This document shows positions 9,656 to 18,201 of a stretch of DNA of 64,000 bases, piece after piece. The position numbers and the translations under genes were made by a program. Every line of letters begins with the position of its first letter. Position 1 is the first letter of the stretch. The DNA is from Aulosira sp. ZfuVER01 (GTDB lineage: Bacteria; Cyanobacteriota; Cyanobacteriia; Cyanobacteriales; Nostocaceae): positions 64,001 to 128,000 of the forward strand of contig JAVRCV020000073.1 in assembly GCA_034530615.2 (NCBI GenBank), in the 5' to 3' direction. A model generated the notes under the pieces. The model was not told the origin of the DNA. It worked only from the letters and a program-made list of their open reading frames with translations, and did no database searches.

Positions 9656-10150
9656 TTAAAATCTTAAACCTACGCCACCTTGCAACGAAAAAGCAGTACC
9701 ACCACCATCACGGTAAGCATCAAAAGCAATAATAGCGTTGCCAAAAAGAACAGTGTTGCTATTTGGGACCATGTAATCAATTCCTGGTTGCAAAGCAAAG
9801 CTAATTTTATTACCCACAGGAGAAGGGTCATTTCCACTAGCCAAGGCTAATCCAGCACCCAAGTAAGCATCAGTTTGCCAGTTCAGAGGTACATCATAAG
9901 AAACCGTAGGCACGACTGCTGTCCCCTGACCAACTAAAGCCTGCGCACGGAAGGAAATAGGTGACTCCAAAAGTTTATAACGAAAAGCAATCACCCCACC
10001 GATTTGAACACCATCACTCAGTCCTACAGATGGACCCACACCAACATAACTACCATAGGCTACTTGTGCTTGTGCGGGTTGAATGCTCATAGCAAGATTC
10101 AACAGCGAACCAGCCCCCAAAACTAAAATCAAATCCCGGAGATGCTTCAT
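9656..10150 (-). CDS. Secreted / outer-membrane beta-barrel-like hypothetical protein
   Basis: Signal peptide (PAQA), alternating beta pattern, C-terminal GLRF. ATG at 10150 preferred. Confidence 0.65.
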   Translation of the reverse strand: MKHLRDLILVLGAGSLLNLAMSIQPAQAQVAYGSYVGVGPSVGLSDGVQIGGVIAFRYKLLESPISFRAQALVGQGTAVVPTVSYDVPLNWQTDAYLGAGLALASGNDPSPVGNKISFALQPGIDYMVPNSNTVLFGNAIIAFDAYRDGGGTAFSLQGGVGLRF

Positions 10151-10306
10151 TACCCGTGTCCTCACACCATCTGAAATTGTCAAGGTTTCTTTTAATACCT
10201 ATGTTATCGCTGTTGTTGATAATAATCAGTGGTTAGTGGTCAGTTGTTATTGGTAATGGGGCACGGGGCATGGGGCATGGGTTATTACTTATTTCTCCCT
10301 TGTCCC

Positions 10307-10364
10307 CCCTTCGGGTTCGCCAGTCGCCTGCGGAGGGAAACCCTCCCGCAGCGCTGGTCTCACC
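10307..10364. repeat. Small dispersed repeat (SDR-like mini-element) inside a TCCCCTTG repeat tract
   Basis: CCTTCGGGTTCGC-CAGTCGC-[GGAGGGAAACCCTCC hairpin]-GCGCTG-GTCTCACC; the ends are shared with the insert at 16101-16154. Confidence 0.7.
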
Positions 10365-10397
10365 TTGTCTCCCTTGTCTCCCTTGTCCCCAATTCCC

Positions 10398-12536
10398 TTA
10401 CGGACAGCGAGGATGAATGCCTCCTTGAGTGCAAATATAAGCCAGTTGTTTGGGGTCTAAGTTTTTAGCTTGAGAAAAATCAACCCCTTGCACTACGGCA
10501 GAAACTGAGCCTTTAGATGGTGTTTGGACAAATTGATCTGCTGGATCTTGTTTGGTAGGTGAAATAACTGCCCCCTTAAAATCAGCACCTGCGACATTTG
10601 CTCCCCGTAAATCTACAAGGGTGAGGTCAGCATTTTCCAAGTTGGCATTTTGCATTTGAGCAGAACGTAAAACAGCACCAGTAAGACGAGTAGCGCTTAA
10701 ATTAGCGTTGCTGAGATTGGCACGTTCTAAATCGGCTCCAGATAAGTCTGCTCCTTGCCAATCGGTTTTGGTTAAGTTGGCGTAGGACAATTGAGTGCCT
10801 ATGGCAGTTACTCGACCTAAACGAGCTTCATATAAATCAGCTTCGTTCAATTTGGCATCACCTAAATCTGCCCCAGTCAGGCTGGCATTTTCTAAAGCTG
10901 CACCACGCAAATCAGCTCCTACTAGCTGGGTGCTGCTGAGGTTAGCACCAATTAACCGTGCATCGGATAAGTTAGCTCTGTTGAGAGTAGAGCGACTCAA
11001 ATCACTACGGTTCATTACCACGCGGCTAAGATTTGCATCAGTGAAATTGACTTGCTTCATCTGCACCTGACTCAAGTCAGCAATGACATCGTCGTAGGTA
11101 TCCCAACGCCCATCCTCACCTACGCTGCGAAAGCGACTACCGCGAAAACTAGCTTGATTAAGATTTGCGGATTTGAATTTAATTCCCGATAAATCAACGT
11201 TGTCTAATACTAAGCTGAAGAGGGGATTAGCTTCAGAGCCAGTGAAACCTAATTGAGTACGACTCAAATCAATGCCTTTGCTTTGACCACTGTAAACAGC
11301 GAGAATTTTGTTAATCGCTTTTTGGTTGAGTTGTAACCGTTTTTGTCGTGTTTCCTGGTCTTGGGGTGTATTCCCGTTTCCATTCACTTCGCCTGCAAGA
11401 AACTGATTCTGATTTTTTAATTCAGGAAGAGCCTTCAGACCGACATTGGCTAAAGCTTGTTGAATAGTATCCACTAGGGTAGGGTTGGTTTCTTTAACCA
11501 GTAGATCCGCAAGGAATTGAATCGCCTGCGGATCGTTGAGAGTACCCATAGCAACAATTGCACTGCGGCGCTCTTCAAGAGTAGCCGTTGAGTTGGGATT
11601 GAGCTGTTTTACGAGTTCGAGAAATTGTTGGCTGTTGATTTGCTGAGATTTACGTTGAGTTTCCTGAGTTTGGATGTAGACTTGAGTGCCTACTAACGTT
11701 CCCAACACAGCTACCATGCTCAGGAGTGCTACTCCAGTCAGGGTAAAATTAGGATTGCGCCGGATATACGCCAGCAAGGGATGGGCGTGTGGATTTTCAC
11801 CAGCACTTGCTAATTCTTGATTTTCTGTAAGTGACTGCTCTGCTGCATCAGAATTGTCATCTGTAAATGAAGCTGGTAGAGGACGAGTAGCGTCTACTGT
11901 ATGAGTACCTGCCAAAAGATCATGTAATGCACGTCGCCCTTGCTTTGAAGGTAAGCCAATTCCTTCGGCAGCGATCGCTAATAACGCTAAAACTGCAAAA
12001 ATTCCTAAGTTGGGAAAGGCTAAACTGTAGCGCCACAGCAGATAAGCCACAGATAAAGGTACAGTCCAACGACCAACTCCTTCTCGCACTATCACCGCCC
12101 CAAAACCTGGCGCTGTCCCTTGCTCGTTCACGACTCGAATGCCAAATCGCCGCTTGGGAATCGTGCTACCTGTTTTTGCTAGTAAATATAACTGCCATCC
12201 CGATATGGTAACAGGTGCTAACAAGGCTAGGCTCCACAAGATATTAGTGGGCCAGGCTACGTTACGGATACCATAGCTAACGGGTAAAGCTAAAGGTCGA
12301 GCGATCGCTCTTTCTGTCACCACCAATACGGGGTTAACGGGTACACGGTTCAAATCGCTTCGGGAATTGGCATACACGCCTAAACCAAAGGGAATCAAGC
12401 CACTAGTAACCACCAGTGTGATTTCCGCCGCCCAAGCAGCAACACGTCTAGTTACTAATGGTAGCGAGCTAGATTTTTCTGGGTCTTTTGACCGACTAGA
12501 TTGAGTATTACTTCTTTTGACAATTGGGGTCGCCAT
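10398..12536 (-). CDS. hglK: RDD-like membrane domain + HEAT-like + pentapeptide-repeat protein (HglK-like)
   Basis: 712 aa with N-terminal TM helices (RALHDLLAGT, RDD-like) and a long A(D/N)LXX repeat block; size and architecture match HglK as recalled. Confidence 0.75.
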   Translation of the reverse strand: MATPIVKRSNTQSSRSKDPEKSSSLPLVTRRVAAWAAEITLVVTSGLIPFGLGVYANSRSDLNRVPVNPVLVVTERAIARPLALPVSYGIRNVAWPTNILWSLALLAPVTISGWQLYLLAKTGSTIPKRRFGIRVVNEQGTAPGFGAVIVREGVGRWTVPLSVAYLLWRYSLAFPNLGIFAVLALLAIAAEGIGLPSKQGRRALHDLLAGTHTVDATRPLPASFTDDNSDAAEQSLTENQELASAGENPHAHPLLAYIRRNPNFTLTGVALLSMVAVLGTLVGTQVYIQTQETQRKSQQINSQQFLELVKQLNPNSTATLEERRSAIVAMGTLNDPQAIQFLADLLVKETNPTLVDTIQQALANVGLKALPELKNQNQFLAGEVNGNGNTPQDQETRQKRLQLNQKAINKILAVYSGQSKGIDLSRTQLGFTGSEANPLFSLVLDNVDLSGIKFKSANLNQASFRGSRFRSVGEDGRWDTYDDVIADLSQVQMKQVNFTDANLSRVVMNRSDLSRSTLNRANLSDARLIGANLSSTQLVGADLRGAALENASLTGADLGDAKLNEADLYEARLGRVTAIGTQLSYANLTKTDWQGADLSGADLERANLSNANLSATRLTGAVLRSAQMQNANLENADLTLVDLRGANVAGADFKGAVISPTKQDPADQFVQTPSKGSVSAVVQGVDFSQAKNLDPKQLAYICTQGGIHPRCP

Positions 12537-12592
12537 CGTATTAATTACCTTTGACTTTATTCCTACACCACTAACGACGCGGTTTAAATAGA

Positions 12593-12937
12593 CTATTTTT
12601 TATGTTGAAAGCTATTAGACACAAAAAATTTGTATCCAACATACACTAACACTGCCAACACTGCCAGGCTGATGACGGAAGCCACAAGTTTTAGTACTGC
12701 TTGCAGCATCGCTATACCTAATACCACCGTTACGCCCAAAACGACTAGCTTTCTCGTTCCAGACAAGCTATTAAACCAGCTTTGCAATCGCGTTAGCTGA
12801 GAGTTTAAGTTGCCAAAACTAAACCCAAAGATTTGTCTTCTTTCTTCTGGTGGAGAAACTTCGGCTGACGAGGAATTAATCTCTGCCTCTAGCTTTTGGA
12901 GGCGACGTTGCAAGTCTTCTTCTGGTTGAGGATTCAT
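12593..12937 (-). CDS. Small hypothetical membrane protein (coiled coil + 2 TM), probably co-transcribed with hglK
   Basis: 114-aa ORF with a hydrophobic C-terminal hairpin, 56 bp upstream of hglK. Confidence 0.75.
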   Translation of the reverse strand: MNPQPEEDLQRRLQKLEAEINSSSAEVSPPEERRQIFGFSFGNLNSQLTRLQSWFNSLSGTRKLVVLGVTVVLGIAMLQAVLKLVASVISLAVLAVLVYVGYKFFVSNSFQHKK

Positions 12938-13403
12938 AATTTTTTTGACCTCAGCTTGTAGGCGGTTTTGTCTGTGATTTTAGCTAATGTATCTGTTGGC
13001 TAAATATTTTTAGACAGTTCATGATATCTTTTGTTTAAAATTTATAATCATAATTTTCTTAAACCCCTTCATGGCAAGGATTTCATCCTTAAGTGGCTTA
13101 AATCCGGACATTCCGAAATAGTACAGGCGTAAACAGGAACCAAAACATCAACTATTAAAAGTCATACTGAGTACTTCGGTTTTGTCCTACCAGTAAGTGT
13201 TCTTGCTTGGTAGTTTCTTACCAAACAGTTAGTTCACGCTTTTTTCCTACTTCCTGAAATCCGACATTTTTTATATATAAATATAAAAATTTATACGCTA
13301 TATTTTGAGACACTGGAACACAAACTGATAAACGTCGTCTAAAAACTTAGATTAAGTCTCAAAATATCGCTTGATAAACAGTCGGGAGCATTAATTTAAT
13401 AAT

Positions 13404-13844
13404 ATGAAAATACATAAACTAATGACAGTCGTTCCCGCAGCCTTGGCGATGAGTTTGGTGCTTAACGATGTGAATTTGGCGAAAGACGCTCCAAAAATCG
13501 TTAACCGCAACTTCAGTCCTGATCCCTTAGTTTTCAATGGCAATTCTGGGGGTTCGGTAAAAAGTAATTGTGGTAATATTCCTGCTACACCCAGTCAAGT
13601 TATTCAAGTTCCAGAGCCTCTCCCTTACTTGCGTGTCACTGTTGAGAGTAAAGGACAGCCCACATTGCTGATTGACGGGCCTGGGGGAAAATTCTGTGTT
13701 TTAGCCGATAGTTACTCTGCTGGTAAAGCAGAGCTTGCTGGTTACTGGCAACCAGGAGAATACTCATTTTATGTAGGTGATTTATCTCAACCGCAATCTA
13801 GCTATACTCTCTCAATCTCGCAACAGCCATCTAAATCCAAGTAG
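13404..13844 (+). CDS. Secreted hypothetical protein (PPC-like beta-sandwich)
   Basis: Signal peptide; C..P.....PTLLIDGPGGKFC.D...G.Y..YVG pattern. Confidence 0.7.
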   Translation: MKIHKLMTVVPAALAMSLVLNDVNLAKDAPKIVNRNFSPDPLVFNGNSGGSVKSNCGNIPATPSQVIQVPEPLPYLRVTVESKGQPTLLIDGPGGKFCVLADSYSAGKAELAGYWQPGEYSFYVGDLSQPQSSYTLSISQQPSKSK

Positions 13845-13929
13845 TTGCTTTGTGAGCCATAGCCTCTTATTTGGTTTTTCAACTTACTTGTAAAAACAGG
13901 GAAACTGAATTGCCCTTCCCTGTTCCCTA

Positions 13930-14367
13930 TTAAATGTAGTACATCAATTCCTTCTCTCGATGTCGGCTCCTGCGTTCACAAAGGTCTTGGAGTGTATATT
14001 TTTCTAAAACAGAGTTAGCCGCCTGACGTGCTTCCTGCCAGATTTCTTCAATGATCTGAGTATCTAGTGTTTTGGAATTTTGCTCAACTTTAGCTGTAAC
14101 AGCCTCTACCCCTTCAATGCAGCTCCAAGCTTCCAGCAACGTAATTTTTCGAGGATCTCGTGCCAAAACATAACCACCTTTGGCTCCCCGTATGCTCTTA
14201 ATTAGTCCTCCACGCCTCAAAGTTGCTAGCAATTGCTCTAAATAGCGGTTTGGGATATCTTGCAGTACGGCCATCTGTCGGATTTGTAGAGACTCACCAC
14301 TAGAGTATCGACTCGCCAACTCTAACAGGGCTAGAAGTGCGTATTCAGATTTGTTAGAGATTTCCAC
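13930..14367 (-). CDS. Rrf2 family transcriptional regulator (CymR-like, no Fe-S Cys triad)
   Basis: YALLALLELA, YLEQLL..LRRGGLIKSIRGAKGGYVLA motifs. Confidence 0.92.
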   Translation of the reverse strand: MEISNKSEYALLALLELASRYSSGESLQIRQMAVLQDIPNRYLEQLLATLRRGGLIKSIRGAKGGYVLARDPRKITLLEAWSCIEGVEAVTAKVEQNSKTLDTQIIEEIWQEARQAANSVLEKYTLQDLCERRSRHREKELMYYI

Positions 14368-14727
14368 AGGTATAATATGTTAAACAAGAAACTATAATGT
14401 TACTGTTGACTTTTGCTTCAGTCTTTAAAATATAAAACTTGGCAATCAATTTTTGGCTAGTTAGTTAATTTAACTGTATAGACTCTGAACGATAGAAGCA
14501 AATATTGTTATTTTTTATTTCAATAAATAAAAGTGATTATATAGAGTTTACTCTCTGCCACAAGTATTTGATTCTGGCTTAATCATCACTTAGTCTCATC
14601 AACAAGACGAGAATATCCTTAAGTTAGGAATTGTGTACTTCTTGGTATCAGTATTCCCAGAGAGACAACAATAATGGCAGAACAACTTTGTTATCGCTGA
14701 GTTCTGCACTAAGAGGCTAAAAGAAAA

Positions 14728-15210
14728 ATGGAACTCAAAGCAGTTGCCGTAGAAATTCCCGAAGGCTGTAACCTTATTTTGGGGCAAACCCACTTTATCA
14801 AAACGGTGGAAGACCTGTATGAAATTATGGTGAGTACATCCTCACAGGTCAAATTTGGGATTGCTTTCTGTGAAGCTTCAGGGCCTTACCTAATCAGAAC
14901 AACCGGAAACGATCGCACTTTAGAAGCAGCAGCAACTACAAATGCACTAGCTATTGGTGCAGGCCACAGTTTTATCATTCTACTGAGGGAAGCTTATCCC
15001 ATCAACTTCCTCAATGCCATCAAGCAGTGTCCAGAAGTTTGCACAATTTATTGTGCAACAGCAAATCCAGTAGAGGTAATTGTAGCTGAAACTACTCAAG
15101 GAAAAGGAATTCTTGGTGTGATAGATGGATTTTCACCAAAAGGAGTAGAAACACCTGAGGATGTAAAAACACGTCAGGCGTTTTTGCGCCAAATTGGTTA
15201 TAAGCTTTAG
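14728..15210 (+). CDS. Adenosine-specific kinase family (DUF355) protein
   Basis: NLILGQTHFIKTVEDL, FCEASG, GHSF and CATANP motifs. Confidence 0.9.
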   Translation: MELKAVAVEIPEGCNLILGQTHFIKTVEDLYEIMVSTSSQVKFGIAFCEASGPYLIRTTGNDRTLEAAATTNALAIGAGHSFIILLREAYPINFLNAIKQCPEVCTIYCATANPVEVIVAETTQGKGILGVIDGFSPKGVETPEDVKTRQAFLRQIGYKL

Positions 15211-15327
15211 TTCTTCAAATGGGTAGTCCATAGAAAAGAGCAAGAAGGAATACTGGTAGAGGCGGGTTTACCGATATCATCATTAGTAATTGATGATATT
15301 TTTAAACCAGACCCTACTGAGTCTTAT

Positions 15328-16830
15328 CCCTGTTCTGTCACTTTCCGGAATAAGCAAGTAGTAAAGAAGCTAAATTATCCAGAAGTATAACAGGGTTTAA
15401 ATTGATTCATTGCGGCAATTAAGTGATTGAATCCTAGTAACAAATGTGAATTAGGGAAAATACTTAACCAGGGATAAATTAACCAAAATAGTAAAAGTGG
15501 TTGGATAATGAGACGCAGATTATTTAAAGTATTCTTCCAGCCAGATTCATGGTTCCATTGTGGATGATTAGAAAAATCCTCATCACTCAGATCTTGTGCG
15601 TCAGTTTCAAGTTGACGAGATTGATTGAAGCCTAATAAGACTGGAGAATTTAAACTAATCATCGTATAAACGCTGAAAATAATTTCCCACCATCTCTCAA
15701 TATGTTGAAAGTTAGTGAAGCGGTAATCTGTCCAGCCTAGTTCCTGTTTACACTGTCGAAACTTATATTCAACCTCCTTTCTTAGTCCATACAAGTCGCC
15801 TAACGTCTTCTTCAAATTTCCTTGAAGATTCGTCATCACGAAGGAGGTAGAATTTTCTGGCATGGTTTCTGGGTCAGTAGTTATTTCCCAGTAAGTTACG
15901 GCTCTTCTTTTACCATAAATTATTTCTCTAATGTATCTAGTCTCTGATTTTTGATTGCTAAATGTTCTCTCAAATTGACACCACTTATTCGCCCTAACGC
16001 TTTGCCCTGAAGGCAACTAGACTCCATGATTAGTTCTAATTGAGACTACATACCCTAAGTTATATTCTGCTATTTTTCTAATAAATTGGCTACTTTCACC
16101 CTCCGGGTTCGCAGTCGCTTCAAGTCGGCAAAGCCGCCCAACGCGCTGCTCACCATATAAACTATCAGCCAATACTAATTCAATATTGAAGCCTGATTCC
16201 ATTAATTCTGTAATTATCTCTGATGCTAACTCTATTTTAGTTTTATATTTATCTGACTCTTTTAGTGTCCCTTTTGGTTTAAATACTTTGAAGATTAAGG
16301 GAAAAGTTATGTTAGCGTAAACTCCATAAGCGTTGACTGAAACTATCCCATTATCTACTTTCCCTACGCTGCCCAAATATTGTCTGGCTACATAATCTGT
16401 CTTCTTACCTTTTTTTCTATCTCCTGTTTCATCTATTACTAATGTAATCGCATGACCATCTAATTGTTTTTTCAATTTATTTAATCTTCTTTGTTTAAGT
16501 TTATCTACTGACCAATCTGAATTTGCTAAGAAATGATGTAATGATTGTGCGGAATTTATACTCACTACCTTCGCTATCTCTGGCAATGACTTTCTTTTTA
16601 TTGTTGATATTATCCCCATGTGTAAATATTTGAAGCACTCATAATTCCTTACTTCTTTAAACAGGTCTTTATACTCTGCACAATATTCATCTATGATGCC
16701 AACTGTTGGATGAGGATCTCTTGCTAAATGTTTGAGAATTTGTAATTCTACATCCATGACTCCACTTACATTTCAGAGTTTTCTTTTTTTATTCTTTTAT
16801 TCAGAATACCCGGAAAGTGACAGAACAGGG
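15328..16830 (-). mobile_element. IS701-family insertion sequence, 1503 bp
   Basis: Perfect 21-bp TIRs CCCTGTTCTGTCACTTTCCGG (15328-15348 and 16810-16830); 4-bp TSD TTAT (15324-15327 and 16831-16834). Confidence 0.93.
15375..16757 (-). pseudogene. IS701 DDE transposase interrupted by an in-frame TAG and carrying an 18-aa insertion
   Basis: IDETGDRKKG, ARQYLG, LADSLYG and KQELG motifs. The two ORFs are in the same frame, separated by TAG at 16017-16019 (NHGV*LPSG, likely TGG>TAG). Confidence 0.9.
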
Positions 16831-16839
16831 TTATTCAAA

Positions 16840-16967
16840 TAGGACTTACGCAAGCAAAATTTGTCATTGCGACCGGAACGTAGTGTAGGGAAGCAATCCC
16901 ATAATTTTAGGCTATTACGTCGCTACGCTCGTAATGACGTAATTCCGTGACTTTTGCGTAAGTCCTA
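16840..16967. mobile_element. 128-bp MITE-like element, copy 1
   Basis: TIRs TAGGACTTACGCA/TGCGTAAGTCCTA enclose an internal GTCATTGCGA...TCGTAATGAC palindrome; inverted near-copy at 52964-53091. Confidence 0.8.
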
Positions 16968-17037
16968 TCAAAAATCAAATAAGAGTCCTAATATTTACGA
17001 AGTAGTAACGATCTAGGAAACCTCTTGATTTTACGCT

Positions 17038-17286
17038 TTAAGAGTTGTTGCCAAAATCTCTGACTTTTTTAGACTTTTTCAACTCTTGCCATAAGGCTTT
17101 AATTTGCTTGTAGGCTTCTTCTGTAGAGAGTTTGCCATTAGTTTCTAAACAGGTAATAAATTCAACTCTTTGAGAAAATTCTCTGAGATTGAGAGTAAAT
17201 TCTAGATTTTCTGCTTTAATTTGTGCATACTCGCGAGTATAAGTAGAGAACAATCTGTCTTTATCTGTGTTGTTGCACTGTTCCAT
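17038..17286 (-). CDS. Conserved cyanobacterial small protein (NLxEF.QRV..I..LET.GK.S.EEAY..IK.LW family)
   Basis: Recognisable conserved motif; ATG at 17286 preferred over 17313. Confidence 0.7.
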   Translation of the reverse strand: MEQCNNTDKDRLFSTYTREYAQIKAENLEFTLNLREFSQRVEFITCLETNGKLSTEEAYKQIKALWQELKKSKKVRDFGNNS

Positions 17287-17825
17287 ATTTCGCTGTCCTG
17301 TAATAGGATACATTGTTTGTTTAAAATTTAGCTATTTAACCCAGTTAAAAGAACTATTGCGATTTTCCATTCTTTTGATTTATTAGTTAATAATAGCACT
17401 GTTATTAACCTCTTGTATGTAGTCCGTCACACCTAAAAATTATGACGAACTTAAACTTGTATGAACAACCTGATTTTTTATGATTATTGTGGAAAATAAC
17501 TGTGTGATAAAATCTGATTTTTTATGACTATTCTGAAAAATGGCTGTTTAGTTTAAGAACTAAGCTATTACGCATTTAACTTGACTCTGGATAGCCCACA
17601 ACCGAAAATATTTGCTCTAGGCACGCATCAGCTTCTCAGTCGATAAATGCTAAGTAATATTAATATGTGTGAAGTGTTAATTATATTTAGCAATTAGTTA
17701 CAATCGTTGAATTTTTATATATGTTTCTATCAATTACTCCTAGTGTTTATTGATTTATCGTTTAATTAAAAACATAAGGGGATAAATTTATTGCCTAAGT
17801 TAATCAAACTTGGAGGTAAAAGCTC

Positions 17826-17981
17826 ATGCGGGAAATGCCATTGATATCCTTAACTGATGAAGATCGCAAGAGAAATCAATATCTAGACAAAGCTAATCAT
17901 GCTCCATACCCGATGATCTTCTTAATTGCACTAGGGATTTTGTTTCTATTTACTATAGGTTTCTCACTTACCGCTTTTTAG
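17826..17981 (+). CDS. 51-aa single-pass membrane microprotein (below ORF-track cutoff)
   Basis: GGAGGT SD upstream of ATG; MREMPLISLTDEDRKRNQYLDKANHAPYPMIFLIALGILFLFTIGFSLTAF*; hairpins follow at about 18079-18155. Confidence 0.6.
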   Translation: MREMPLISLTDEDRKRNQYLDKANHAPYPMIFLIALGILFLFTIGFSLTAF

Positions 17982-18201
17982 GTCTTGTGTTGCCATATTT
18001 AATACTCCTTGCTCTGCAAATGGTAAAGTATAGTTCATTCAACATAAATGCATAGCAAGAATTTTCTAGGAAGCTGTCAAACCCTCTTTATCTGTATTGA
18101 GAGAGGGTTTAATTTTGGTTAAGGGCGATCGCTCATCTGATTGGCCTTCGCCCTTAAATAAGTCAAAGCTAGCCGAAGTCTGTATTTCCAGATTTATGGC
18201 T

